A stretch of DNA of 64,000 nt from Clostridia bacterium (GCA_017522225.1 JAFWZR010000020.1:15805-79804), one strand, 5' to 3'; positions 50,050-59,634 are shown, counted from the first letter of the stretch. Numbers and translations are program-made. Notes: generated from the letters alone by a model not told the origin.

Positions 50050-50964
50050 ATGGAAAGAAAATACTCACACGTAATTGTTATCGGAGTTGACGGTGCGGGC
50101 AGCTGGTTCAAGGATGCCGACACACCGAACTTTGACAGAATATTCAAAAACGGAGCCGTAACATACAGTGCTCTTTCATCAAAGCCTACCATCAGTGCGG
50201 AATGCTGGGGCTCAATGCTTATCGGCACAGGGCCTGAGGTGCACGGACTTACAAACGAAATTGTATCGACTGTTCCGTACGATGTGAACTCCCCCTTCCC
50301 TTCACTTTTCAGAAGAATCAGAGAAAAATATCCCGATGCCGTTCTCGGCTCATACTGTGACTGGAATCCCATCACATACGGTATAGTTGAAAACAATATC
50401 GGCGTTTCGCACGACACGGCACACGACACGGAGCTTACACCGATTGTCTGCGATTATATAAGCAAAAACAAGCCCGATTTCCTGTTCATTCACTTCGACA
50501 GCGTTGACGGTGCAGGTCATGGTTCAGGCTACGGACTGCCTGCTTTTATGGCCCGTATTCACGAGGTAGACAAGCTTATCGGCGATGTTTACTCCACTGT
50601 TAAAGATGCAGGTATACTTGAAAACACACTCTTTATTGTTATTGCAGACCACGGCGGTGCCAATGACAATAAGTGCCACGGCAGTCACGGCGGATGGACA
50701 GACGGAGAAAAATATGTAACCTTTGCCGCAACGGGTAACGGAGTAAATAAAACTCTGATTGAGGCAATGAATATCCGCGACCTTGCTGCAATTGTGCTTT
50801 ATGCTATGGGTATTGAGGCTCCCGAATTCGACGAAGAGGGTTGGACCTCGCAGATTCCCGAAGGTCTGTTCGCTGATTATACGGGCGGATACCGCGATAT
50901 TTCACATCTGACAGGTGCCGCACCAAGAATTTCGAAAATCCATCACGAATCCGAGCTTATCTGA
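50050..50964 (+). CDS. Alkaline-phosphatase superfamily protein (type I phosphodiesterase/nucleotide pyrophosphatase-like)
   Basis: 304 aa. Contains VIGVDGAG, HFDSVDGAGHGSGY and IADHGG. Confidence 0.75.
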   Translation: MERKYSHVIVIGVDGAGSWFKDADTPNFDRIFKNGAVTYSALSSKPTISAECWGSMLIGTGPEVHGLTNEIVSTVPYDVNSPFPSLFRRIREKYPDAVLGSYCDWNPITYGIVENNIGVSHDTAHDTELTPIVCDYISKNKPDFLFIHFDSVDGAGHGSGYGLPAFMARIHEVDKLIGDVYSTVKDAGILENTLFIVIADHGGANDNKCHGSHGGWTDGEKYVTFAATGNGVNKTLIEAMNIRDLAAIVLYAMGIEAPEFDEEGWTSQIPEGLFADYTGGYRDISHLTGAAPRISKIHHESELI

Positions 50965-50988
50965 ATTATACCGTAATACCAAAAAGAA

Positions 50989-51026
50989 AACAGAACCTCC
51001 AATTAGTCGAAGGTTCTGTTTTTTAG
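50989..51026. terminator. Bidirectional terminator
   Basis: AACAGAACCT-loop-AGGTTCTGTT followed by TTTT. Confidence 0.75.
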
Positions 51027-51038
51027 TTTTTATACAAT

Positions 51039-52679
51039 TTATTTTATCACAGTTACATCGCTGTATCTGCCTATTTCAAACTTAAGCTTCGGGAAACGCA
51101 TAAGTCTTCCGCGGTTTGTGATTCCGTCAAGTTCAACCTGAACGGTGTTTGTTTTGCTGTCCGTTCCTGCAATTTTAGGCTTCATATATGAGGTATAGGA
51201 AATGCTTCTGAAAACTACATTTTTGATTTCAAAATTCTCTGCTTCCTCGTCATAAATCTTTACAAGAATCGGTCTGCCCTCATCGCGGAAGATTTCGATG
51301 TTTTCAAAAAGCACGCCGTCTATGCTGCCTTCGGTCTGCTCCGCTACCACAACAAGAGAGCCGATTCTGTCATTGTCCCAGATACCGTCACGGTAAACCA
51401 CCGCACAGTCACGGAATGTGACATCAGAAATCTTCTTATTAACCTCACCCGTAATGCCAAAGCATCTTGCGTATCCGCCCCAGGCAATACAGTTTGTAAA
51501 GGTGATGTTTTTGCTGTCCATCACACCGCCGAGTGCCTTGACCTCGAAGGTGTCATCCGCAACTCGTGCAAAGCAGTCATTCACCGTTACATCGTGGCTG
51601 TTGCATATCGCGAAGCCATCACAGTTGCCACGGTTGCCGATGATATCCACATTATCAATATCCACACCCGTACAGCTATATGAAATAAATGACCATTCGG
51701 GAGAATTGATAATCTTTATTCCGCTGACCTTGATATTGTTACAGTTTGTGAACACCACTCCGCGTCTCTCGCGTCTGTCAAGGCGGGTAAGGTCGATTAC
51801 GCCCCTGCCCGTGAGTGTTATATTGCTGCAGTTAAAGAAATTCAGGAAAGGATATCTTGTAAGTCCTATCGAATTTTCAAACCATGCAGTCTCTTCGATG
51901 TATTTGTTTTCATCCTCTGCACTGTTGATGTCATAAAGGTGGTCGGCAATGATATATGCGCCTTCTCGAAGGTAAATCACCTGATTGCTCTGTGCAACGA
52001 AGCTGACATAATCATAATTGTAGACACCCTTGTCAACGACGATTACGTTTTCTTCGCCGTACTCTTCGATATATTCTGCAATCTCTGCATCCTCATCAAT
52101 TTTTTCACGTACAAGAAGTGTATATCCGTAATACTGATCTGCACCGTTGAAAAGGAAGGTATAAACACCCGGTTTGTTGATTGATGCTGTTACCTTGTTA
52201 TCCTTGCAGAGTGCTTCCACTCCGTGAGATTCAGGCAGAACGATTGCATTTTTGAGCGTTACATCAGCACCCGTCAGCTCAATGTTGAAGGAAAAATCCT
52301 TGCTTGTATCAACATAAATTTCAGAGAAAGAGTGCAGTGTTCCCGTATCATCGGCACGAATGAACACAACCGATGCATACACAGGAATTTCCGTATCGCT
52401 GATTTTTGCCGTGTAATAGGGTGAAACGGTTATGCCGTTGATATCGTCATATCCGCCCGACTGAACATATTCGGGTAATTCAGCCGAAGCACGGCCTACA
52501 AGCTCCTGCTCGGTAAGACCTGCCTCCTCAAGGGTTACAATTGCTTCCTCAGGATATTCGAGAAAAGAAAAGCCAAATCCCTCACTCTCGGGATAAACCG
52601 TTGCGGGGCAAAGAAGATTTGAGCTGAGAACGGATAAAGCCGTAAATATTGTGAAGAAAAACTTAATAAAAGCTTGCAT
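51039..52679 (-). CDS. Secreted right-handed beta-helix protein, GH28-like
   Basis: 546 aa with a signal peptide. Parallel beta-helix repeats are present, with NCDGF...DDTFEVK resembling the GH28 NTDG...DD catalytic strands. Confidence 0.6.
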   Translation of the reverse strand: MQAFIKFFFTIFTALSVLSSNLLCPATVYPESEGFGFSFLEYPEEAIVTLEEAGLTEQELVGRASAELPEYVQSGGYDDINGITVSPYYTAKISDTEIPVYASVVFIRADDTGTLHSFSEIYVDTSKDFSFNIELTGADVTLKNAIVLPESHGVEALCKDNKVTASINKPGVYTFLFNGADQYYGYTLLVREKIDEDAEIAEYIEEYGEENVIVVDKGVYNYDYVSFVAQSNQVIYLREGAYIIADHLYDINSAEDENKYIEETAWFENSIGLTRYPFLNFFNCSNITLTGRGVIDLTRLDRRERRGVVFTNCNNIKVSGIKIINSPEWSFISYSCTGVDIDNVDIIGNRGNCDGFAICNSHDVTVNDCFARVADDTFEVKALGGVMDSKNITFTNCIAWGGYARCFGITGEVNKKISDVTFRDCAVVYRDGIWDNDRIGSLVVVAEQTEGSIDGVLFENIEIFRDEGRPILVKIYDEEAENFEIKNVVFRSISYTSYMKPKIAGTDSKTNTVQVELDGITNRGRLMRFPKLKFEIGRYSDVTVIK

Positions 52680-52770
52680 TCGTACATCTCCTTAACCAAA
52701 CATCTATACAACCTCTCCTTTTGAAAACCCATCAGGAGAGATTACGCTTTATGCTGAGTGAATCGCAATA

Positions 52771-54291
52771 TTATTTTGCCTGTGCTTCAAGTTCAGCGTT
52801 CTCCTTACGGCGTTCTTCACGCATTCTTTCAAGATCCTTATACATATTCGCTTTTGTTTCTCCCTCGACGTTATACATCGTCTTGAGGATTATTGCCTTG
52901 AGCACGTTGCTCAATGTATAACCGAAGAGAAGGAACCCGAGAATCCAGAGACAAGTATTCAGATAATCAGGCTTTGCCTGCATTGTTGCAACAAGGTTAC
53001 CTTCATTTGAAGATTCGTAGCCTACCCAGGCAATCATAAACGGGATGATAAGCTCTCTTGCATAGTTGATTGCTGTATTGATCCAACCCGGAACAACGCC
53101 CTGAATTGCTTCAATACGGTCGCCTGTCTGCCATTCAAGATAGTCATAATACTCAACGTTGAAGTGAGAGTTTGAAAGCTCCTGAACACCGATACCTACA
53201 CCGAAGAGAAAATAGAAAACATAGAAGAAAATGCTGTTCCAGCCTGAGAAGAACATAAGTCCCATCTTTGCTTCTGCAAAGCAGATTGCAAACAGTATAC
53301 CTGCAGAAACGAGTGAATACGGTCCGCAGAACTTAAGAAGCTTTGTAGGCTCGTATTTCTTTGAAAGCTTTGTGGTTATAACATTACCCACAACCGTACC
53401 TACTGCAGTCGGAAGTGTAAGAAGAAGATTCTTTGATGAACCAACGGTAATTGCTGCAAGAAGTGTAGACATCTTTCCAAGAACCGCAAAGTTGTTAACC
53501 CATGCCATATACTGATAGGCACGGTAATTTCTGTATTTGAAGAGAGTGAAAAGAGTTTTTGAAATTTTAACCTTTTCCTTCTTCGGAAGCTCGATTCTCT
53601 CCTTGCAGAAAAGACCGCACATAAGGTTACCGAACAATGTAACGGCACCTGCAACAATACCGAGTGTCATATACATCTGGTTCTTGTTATCACTGAATTC
53701 ACCGTAAATAAAGGTTGCAATATATGCTCCGCCGTAACCTATGTAGTAAGAAAGCTGCCAGATTGTAGCAACTGTTTTCTTTTCCTTGGGGTTCGGAGAA
53801 ATAACCTGTGCCACATTCTGACCGAGGTTATTGAACGCATTGAACACCGTCTGACAGCAGGCAATACCGTAACGGAAAATTGTCATCTGCTGAACTGTCC
53901 AGCCCTGAGGAACATAGAAATAGAAAACAGTCAGAAGGAAAATCGGAATCAGACAGATGATATACCATTGACGATATCTGCCCCACCGGGTTTTCCATTT
54001 CTGCACAACGGTAGCCGAAATCAGACCAACAGCTATACCGAGAAATGTTGTCAGTGTTGTCTGCACAGCAAGGATGCTTGCTATTTTTTCCGAATCGACA
54101 CCTACAGGTCCGTAGTACAGTTCATGAAGGAAAGCCGTCGCCAGTGTACCTGTAAGAGTTGTTCCGAACATACCGCCGATACGCGCGAGCATAAGACAAA
54201 CATATTCAAACGTTGTGATATTTTTGCCAAGCTCGGGCGAGAGCGCATTTGCCGGGGCTTTGTTTGCCGCAGAGGCTTTGCTATTGAGCAT
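52771..54291 (-). CDS. MFS transporter, glycoside-pentoside-hexuronide (GPH) type
   Basis: 506 aa with 12 TM, MelB/GPH-like, and a charged C-terminal tail. Confidence 0.75.
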   Translation of the reverse strand: MLNSKASAANKAPANALSPELGKNITTFEYVCLMLARIGGMFGTTLTGTLATAFLHELYYGPVGVDSEKIASILAVQTTLTTFLGIAVGLISATVVQKWKTRWGRYRQWYIICLIPIFLLTVFYFYVPQGWTVQQMTIFRYGIACCQTVFNAFNNLGQNVAQVISPNPKEKKTVATIWQLSYYIGYGGAYIATFIYGEFSDNKNQMYMTLGIVAGAVTLFGNLMCGLFCKERIELPKKEKVKISKTLFTLFKYRNYRAYQYMAWVNNFAVLGKMSTLLAAITVGSSKNLLLTLPTAVGTVVGNVITTKLSKKYEPTKLLKFCGPYSLVSAGILFAICFAEAKMGLMFFSGWNSIFFYVFYFLFGVGIGVQELSNSHFNVEYYDYLEWQTGDRIEAIQGVVPGWINTAINYARELIIPFMIAWVGYESSNEGNLVATMQAKPDYLNTCLWILGFLLFGYTLSNVLKAIILKTMYNVEGETKANMYKDLERMREERRKENAELEAQAK

Positions 54292-54497
54292 AATATCATC
54301 TCCTGTATATGGTTATAATAGAATTTTAACACACAAAAATAATAAAAACAATTGTGCGAATAACTGGATTCTTGCACTTCGGAATGTGCATTTTAACCCA
54401 AAATCGATTTTCTATTTACATTTTTACATTTTTGTAGTATTATTTTGACAGATATACGATAGAATATATACTACTGCTTTGTAAAGGAGATACGGTA

Positions 54498-55391
54498 ATG
54501 AACCTCAAAAGCTTTTCTGCACTAATTCTTTCTCTTGTTTTGGTGTTTTCTCTGACAGCCTGCGGCAAAGACAAGGCTCCCGAAGCACCTGATAACAGCA
54601 CAACAGCAAGCACTGCAGCGGACACAAGCGAAGAATTTACAAGCACTGTCCCGGACGATACCCGAGACACAACTGCCACTTCGGCTGATACATCCGAAAC
54701 AAGCTCAACAGAGCAGACTGCCGACACAGACGAAAGCTCAACGGTTGCGGCCAATGTTACCACACAGTCTTCCGACAACCCTGCGGAATGGTCAACACAG
54801 CAGATTATTGACGCATACAAAAAGGCTGCAAATAAAACACATTCAGGTGTCAAGTCACAGCACAGCATAAAAATTGAGAAAATCAAGGTTAACGGTGACG
54901 ATCTGCCTGACGTTGTTGTATCCATAATGAAAAAACTTCTCAAAAATAATTCGTCAGACAAGGACGGTATCACAGGCGGGTATAACCACCTTGTCGTATC
55001 CGATGTTGCAAGTGCAGAGGCATACAAAAACGGTAGTGCGCTTGTTATCGAAATGACAATGAAAAATCAGACTGCAGGACCGAATGAAGATGCAAACAGC
55101 GGCTCTGTCGGTCACGCAATAACGACGGTCGGTGACATCAGCGCTGTTACAAAACAGCTTGCAGACCTTAATCTTCCGCTTGACCTTAACGAAAAAGAAA
55201 CAAAAATTTATTACACCAATCCGACGGTTCAGGTGCTTATCGGACCCGACGGAAAGATTGTCAACGGCACCTGGCAGTATACCGTTGACATCCGACTGAA
55301 CAACTATAAAGCATTCGGTCAGGATGTTGAATCAACATCCGTTGTGATGCTCAACACGCTGACGGTAAACGGCGGCTTCAAGAAAATGTAA
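54498..55391 (+). CDS. Lipoprotein of unknown function
   Basis: 297 aa. Signal peptide with the lipobox LTAC, then a T/S/D-rich linker and a globular domain. Confidence 0.7.
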   Translation: MNLKSFSALILSLVLVFSLTACGKDKAPEAPDNSTTASTAADTSEEFTSTVPDDTRDTTATSADTSETSSTEQTADTDESSTVAANVTTQSSDNPAEWSTQQIIDAYKKAANKTHSGVKSQHSIKIEKIKVNGDDLPDVVVSIMKKLLKNNSSDKDGITGGYNHLVVSDVASAEAYKNGSALVIEMTMKNQTAGPNEDANSGSVGHAITTVGDISAVTKQLADLNLPLDLNEKETKIYYTNPTVQVLIGPDGKIVNGTWQYTVDIRLNNYKAFGQDVESTSVVMLNTLTVNGGFKKM

Positions 55392-55444
55392 AATCAGCTT
55401 CAGCTTTTGCACAGGTCCGTAAAAAACCTACAATGAAAAAACAA

Positions 55445-55489
55445 CCTCCTATGGTAGAATTAAAGAAACTACCATAGGAGGAATTTTTA
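55445..55489 (+). terminator. Terminator after the lipoprotein gene
   Basis: 13-bp stem CCTCCTATGGTAG-loop-CTACCATAGGAGG followed by AATTTTTA. Confidence 0.7.
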
Positions 55490-55501
55490 TACCAAGGAAA
55501 T

Positions 55502-55738
55502 ATGTTGCGGGAAATAGGTGATAGATTGGGTTTCACATATAAACAAATGCGAGATTTCAAAACAAGATACAACAATTAAGCAAAGTCACTCAACTACAAT
55601 ATGAACTATCAATGAATACAACTTAAAACAAAACTGACACTACTTGAAATGCGATGTCAGTATGTTGCTTAAATTTTAATTTTATCTACCGTAGGGTCTG
55701 TTTTTATACTGTCCGTACAATTTGGGGCAGTACACCGC
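55502..55738 (+). mobile_element. Probable remnant of an IS3-family (IS150-group) element: orfA HTH fragment plus right inverted repeat
   Basis: A short ORF, MLREIGDRLGFTYKQMRDFKTRYNN-stop, resembles the HTH start of IS3 orfA. At 55712-55738 the minus strand reads TGTACTGCCCCAAATTGTACGGACAG, a typical TG...-type IS3/IS150 terminal repeat. No intact transposase is present. Confidence 0.35.
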
Positions 55739-55838
55739 GAAGCTTCTGCTTTTTGTTAATATTTATACGCTTAATTTTTTAGTTGAATTTGCCATATTGT
55801 ATGCGGACTGAACACAGTCAAAGCTGCAACAACATCCA

Positions 55839-56804
55839 TTATAAAGCTTGTCTGATTTTCAACAAACGGGAAATAAACTCATCCTGAGTCAGAACGGTTT
55901 TTCTGCAGTTTTCCTCACCGATCGTGTGACAAAGCTTTGCATCGGAAGTGAGCCTGAGTGCTGTTGTGAAAGCTTCGTTTTTACTCAGTTCACAATATGC
56001 CCTGTCTAACAAAACCTGATATTCCGTGCTGTCTCTGCGGATTTTCCTGCCTTGCCAGTAAAGTGTCTGCGTCAGCCTCCACCTGAACTGTGCAAAGGTG
56101 TGTTTTGTTGAATTTTTGGCTTCCTTTCCCGAAAGTGCGCAAACCTTTACCTGTTTTGATACACTTCTGAATTTGAGTGCCTGTAAAAACCCTTCCATAC
56201 TTGCACACCTGACCGAATCAATCACAAACGAATGTGCATAAAAGTTCGAAAGAGCACATGACGGATATTCGCCCTTGCTGTGTATATCAATCACATCAGA
56301 CTTCATCTTGTCACCTCTGCACTCTTCCACTGCCAGTTTCAGTGCATTGTTGCTGACGAGCATCCTTTGCTCAAGCTCTGCAGTTGTAACGGCACAACCC
56401 AACTCTGCACACAGCAACGAATAAACAAGACTGTTCGGATGCATACAGGGGTTTTCCCAAATATGTAAATCATCCTCACCAAAATACCTTAAAACCGCCG
56501 CCGCAATTGCGGTGCTTCTTGATTCTCCGCTTTCGCAGCAAATAAACAGCTTTTTTATACTTGCGGACAGGGTGTCAATATAACGGTGGATTTCGGCAGC
56601 ATATTCCTTTGTAAACGAGCGCGGACTTGTGCTGTCGGTAATGTCGTCAAAATGAAGAACAAGCAACGCCTCAAGTGACTCAAGCTTATCCTGTCTGACG
56701 TCATATGACGAGGCAATCAGTGCACCTGATGTCTGCTCTTCCTCCTGCAGATTGTAATACAGCCACTTTATGGGGTGAATTTCGATTTCAAACATCCTTT
56801 TCAT
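55839..56804 (-). CDS. Fusion protein: Cys-phosphatase-like (CX5R) domain + NADAR (YbiA/DUF1768-like) domain
   Basis: 321 aa from the ATG at 56804 (AGAGGTG RBS). The N-terminal half has HFDDITD and CCESGESRSTA (a CX5R(S/T) P-loop). The C-terminal half has LSNFYAHSFVIDSVRCASMEGFLQALKF, matching the NADAR core motif. Confidence 0.65.
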   Translation of the reverse strand: MKRMFEIEIHPIKWLYYNLQEEEQTSGALIASSYDVRQDKLESLEALLVLHFDDITDSTSPRSFTKEYAAEIHRYIDTLSASIKKLFICCESGESRSTAIAAAVLRYFGEDDLHIWENPCMHPNSLVYSLLCAELGCAVTTAELEQRMLVSNNALKLAVEECRGDKMKSDVIDIHSKGEYPSCALSNFYAHSFVIDSVRCASMEGFLQALKFRSVSKQVKVCALSGKEAKNSTKHTFAQFRWRLTQTLYWQGRKIRRDSTEYQVLLDRAYCELSKNEAFTTALRLTSDAKLCHTIGEENCRKTVLTQDEFISRLLKIRQAL

Positions 56805-57504
56805 AAAACACCTCTGAAAGCGCAACCGCCTTGCCGTCACTTACAGTACCGTATACCCTTGAAGCAAACTCAAGCTGCTTCACATATGCTCTCAAGGCTG
56901 AAATATCCTTTCCGCTTGCGTTGACGATATAATCGTGAGTTTTACCTGTAATTGTAATATTTTCGTCAGCGAGAATCTTGTCGAGCGCTCTAGCTCTCAT
57001 CTGCGCATCTGCTTTTTCCATCTGAGCAGCGGAGAATCTCGGATCATTGACCATTTCTGCAAATCCTGCAAAACGGTCAGCGCCGTATTCCGAAAACAGA
57101 ATAACACTTGCTCCCGAATCCGCCATTCTTATAAAAAGAGTGCCAAGCTCATCCTGTGTTGCCTCTTTGCCGATCAGAAAGCCGACATCGTCAACCAGAA
57201 ACAGTTTATTGGCCGTGCATCTGCTGACAAAAAACGGAACTGCACTTCTGTTGACAGCCTGCAAATAATCCTCAACCAGCTTTTCAAGTGTCACGCTTTC
57301 AGCAAGCTTGTCTTCGGCGTGGTTCTCACGGAACATCGCGAGTGTTGCATTGAGCAGATGCGTTTTACCGCAGCCCGACTCTCCGTGGATAAACAGGATT
57401 TTTCCGCCGTCCGAGGTACCGTTCGCCGCGTTGAAACAAAGCTCTGCGGCATCCTTGTTACTTTCCCCGATTAAAAAATCGTAGTAACTCAAATTTTCAT
57501 TCAT
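56788..57504 (-). CDS. Hda/DnaA-domain-III-like AAA+ ATPase (no DNA-binding domain IV)
   Basis: 238 aa. Contains YDFLIGESNKDA (like the DnaA TFDNFVxGxSN box), Walker A GESGCGKTH, Walker B LFLVDDVGFLIGKEATQDE and a sensor-2-like ISALRAYVKQLEFA. The stop overlaps the next gene by 17 nt. Confidence 0.65.
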   Translation of the reverse strand: MNENLSYYDFLIGESNKDAAELCFNAANGTSDGGKILFIHGESGCGKTHLLNATLAMFRENHAEDKLAESVTLEKLVEDYLQAVNRSAVPFFVSRCTANKLFLVDDVGFLIGKEATQDELGTLFIRMADSGASVILFSEYGADRFAGFAEMVNDPRFSAAQMEKADAQMRARALDKILADENITITGKTHDYIVNASGKDISALRAYVKQLEFASRVYGTVSDGKAVALSEVFYEKDV

Positions 57505-57542
57505 ATTTTTCTCTCCTTTTTAAATTTTGCTGCACAGCTAAT

Positions 57543-57571
57543 ATTGTACACTCTGTCAGGCAATATATCAA
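57543..57571 (-). promoter_or_regulatory. Promoter for the AAA+/NADAR pair
   Basis: The minus strand reads TTGATA-17 nt-TACAAT with TG before the -10. Confidence 0.45.
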
Positions 57572-57630
57572 CAGTCACTTCTGCACAATCTTTAAAAAAT
57601 TTATCAGTAATTTTGTCCATTATATATCCG

Positions 57631-57659
57631 TGGACACACAAGACAAAATGTGGTAATAT
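57631..57659 (+). promoter_or_regulatory. Promoter for the BNR-repeat gene
   Basis: TGGACA-17 nt-TAATAT with an extended -10 TG. Confidence 0.45.
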
Positions 57660-57675
57660 AGATTGCGGTGATAAT

Positions 57676-58722
57676 ATGAAAATCGAACTTATCGGAAAAC
57701 CCGAAATAATTATGTCCAACCCCAACAGCAAGCACAACTACTTCGGATGGCCGACTGCGATGCGTTTGCAGGACGGAAGAATTGCTGTCGGTGCATCGGG
57801 CTTCAGAGTGGATCACGTGTGCCCCTTCGGTAAGGCGGTCATTTCCTACAGCACAGACAATGGCAGAACCTACTCCCCGCCCGCCCCCGTGATTGACACT
57901 CCCCTTGATGACAGAGATGCGGGGATATGCCCCTTCGGCGAAAGCGGAGTTATCTTCACATCCTTCAACAACTCTGCCGAAATGCAACGAGACTACAATC
58001 GGGACAACGCTTATGTTCAGAGCTATATTGACACTATCACGGCAGAGGATGAGGAAAAATATCTCGGAGCAACTTTCCGTGTAAGTCACGATTGCGGAAT
58101 AACCTTCGGCAAGATTATGCGCTCCCCCGTCACCTCTCCGCACGGACCGATTCAGCTGAGGGACGGTACAATACTGTGGGCAGGCAACAGATTTGACAAC
58201 ACTGAGGGCGGAATTGAATTTGTAAAGCTCAACCCCGACAACGGCGACACCGAGTTCGTCGGTAAAATCACGATTGACGAAAAAGGTATTTTCCTCAACG
58301 AGCCGCACCTGATTGAGCTGCCTGACGGCAAGCTTCTGTGCCACATACGAGCCGAAAACGACACTATGTTCACCACTTACCGCAGTGTTTCAAAAGACAA
58401 GGGTAAAACGTGGACAAAGCCCGAGAGGCTTCTTGAAGAGGACGGCGGTGCACCGCCTCACCTTAAGCTTCTGAGCTCGGGACTTCTCATCTGTGCATAC
58501 GGACGCAGAAAACAGCCTTACGGAATAATGGTAATGATCAGCCATGACTATGGTGAAACCTGGGAAAAAGACCTTCGCCTTTACGAAAACACGCAGAGCG
58601 ATGACCTCGGATATCCGACAACGGTTGAGCTCAATGACGGCACGCTCCTGACTGTTTTTTATGCAAGAGAAAGCGAGGAGCATCCTTGCAACATCCTTCA
58701 GCAGAGATGGAGAATAGTATAA
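57676..58722 (+). CDS. BNR/Asp-box repeat protein (sialidase-fold glycosidase-like)
   Basis: Four Asp-boxes (STDNGRTY, SHDCGITF, SKDKGKTW, SHDYGETW). I chose the start at 57676 because the longer track ORF begins upstream of the predicted promoter. The RBS is weak. Confidence 0.75.
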   Translation: MKIELIGKPEIIMSNPNSKHNYFGWPTAMRLQDGRIAVGASGFRVDHVCPFGKAVISYSTDNGRTYSPPAPVIDTPLDDRDAGICPFGESGVIFTSFNNSAEMQRDYNRDNAYVQSYIDTITAEDEEKYLGATFRVSHDCGITFGKIMRSPVTSPHGPIQLRDGTILWAGNRFDNTEGGIEFVKLNPDNGDTEFVGKITIDEKGIFLNEPHLIELPDGKLLCHIRAENDTMFTTYRSVSKDKGKTWTKPERLLEEDGGAPPHLKLLSSGLLICAYGRRKQPYGIMVMISHDYGETWEKDLRLYENTQSDDLGYPTTVELNDGTLLTVFYARESEEHPCNILQQRWRIV

Positions 58723-58726
58723 AACA

Positions 58727-58762
58727 AAACTGACTTCGCTTAAAAACGAAGTCAGTTTTTCT
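58727..58762. terminator. Bidirectional terminator
   Basis: AAACTGACTTCG-loop-CGAAGTCAGTTT. Confidence 0.8.
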
Positions 58763-58773
58763 ATAGCCTAAAA

Positions 58774-59634
58774 TTATATTATACGTATCTTTTTCGCAAT
58801 CTCTTGACCGTCAACAAAGATAAACATATTGCTTATGCCGTCAAATATGCCCTCAATCTTCTGACCGCCGACAACGGCTGAAAGGGTGTGAGCACTTTCT
58901 GCAAGAGCCTCATATTCATCGTAAACCATACCGTTGATTACAAGCTCGTTTGTACGTTTAACACGGCGAACCTCAATGTGATTGCTGTTGTGATCTGCTG
59001 CAATAAGTGTTCTGTATTTCTCTGATTCATCAGCCATTCGCAACACAACGGAGTTCATCGGCATATCTGCTTCTTCACCGTCGGTTTCAGCAAGCATCTC
59101 AGGAACAGGCTCTTCATCGGGCAGTTTTTTCATTTTATAATAAGCGTGAACTCCTATTGCCATAGACACAAGCACCCAGCCGTGGAAAACTATATCGGTA
59201 ACTGAGTCTGCACCGATTTCAATAAAATAAAACATCGAAGCGGTATCAATTGCAAAAAACACGAGTGCAAAAATCAGCCAACCAACCTTTTTCTTTCGGG
59301 CAAAAATCCAGCACACAAGATACAGCGCAAGAATAATTACGGCAACGGCAATCATAAAATACAGAAATGTTTTTTCCATAAAAATCTCGTCACCGTAATA
59401 GTATTCTGCAGGATAAAGTCCGCAGAAATACATTCCGTAATCAACTGCAAGATACGGCAAAAATGCCGAGAATAAAAAATAGGTATCTGCATTAAACAAA
59501 AGCAACACAACATTCACAGCTGTGAAGCCAAGCACAAGCAGAATATTTACAATACTGTTTTTATATCTTTTTTCAAAAATCGCTTTCTGAGTCATAGGTG
59601 CGGCATCATTGCCCTTTTTGAATAATGACATCAT
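58774..59634 (-). CDS. Hypothetical membrane protein (4-5 TM) with a C-terminal soluble domain
   Basis: 286 aa from the ATG at 59634 (AAGGAG RBS). A TTGACA-17-TATTAT promoter at 59660-59688 lies inside the longer track ORF, which supports the shorter start. Confidence 0.55.
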   Translation of the reverse strand: MMSLFKKGNDAAPMTQKAIFEKRYKNSIVNILLVLGFTAVNVVLLLFNADTYFLFSAFLPYLAVDYGMYFCGLYPAEYYYGDEIFMEKTFLYFMIAVAVIILALYLVCWIFARKKKVGWLIFALVFFAIDTASMFYFIEIGADSVTDIVFHGWVLVSMAIGVHAYYKMKKLPDEEPVPEMLAETDGEEADMPMNSVVLRMADESEKYRTLIAADHNSNHIEVRRVKRTNELVINGMVYDEYEALAESAHTLSAVVGGQKIEGIFDGISNMFIFVDGQEIAKKIRII

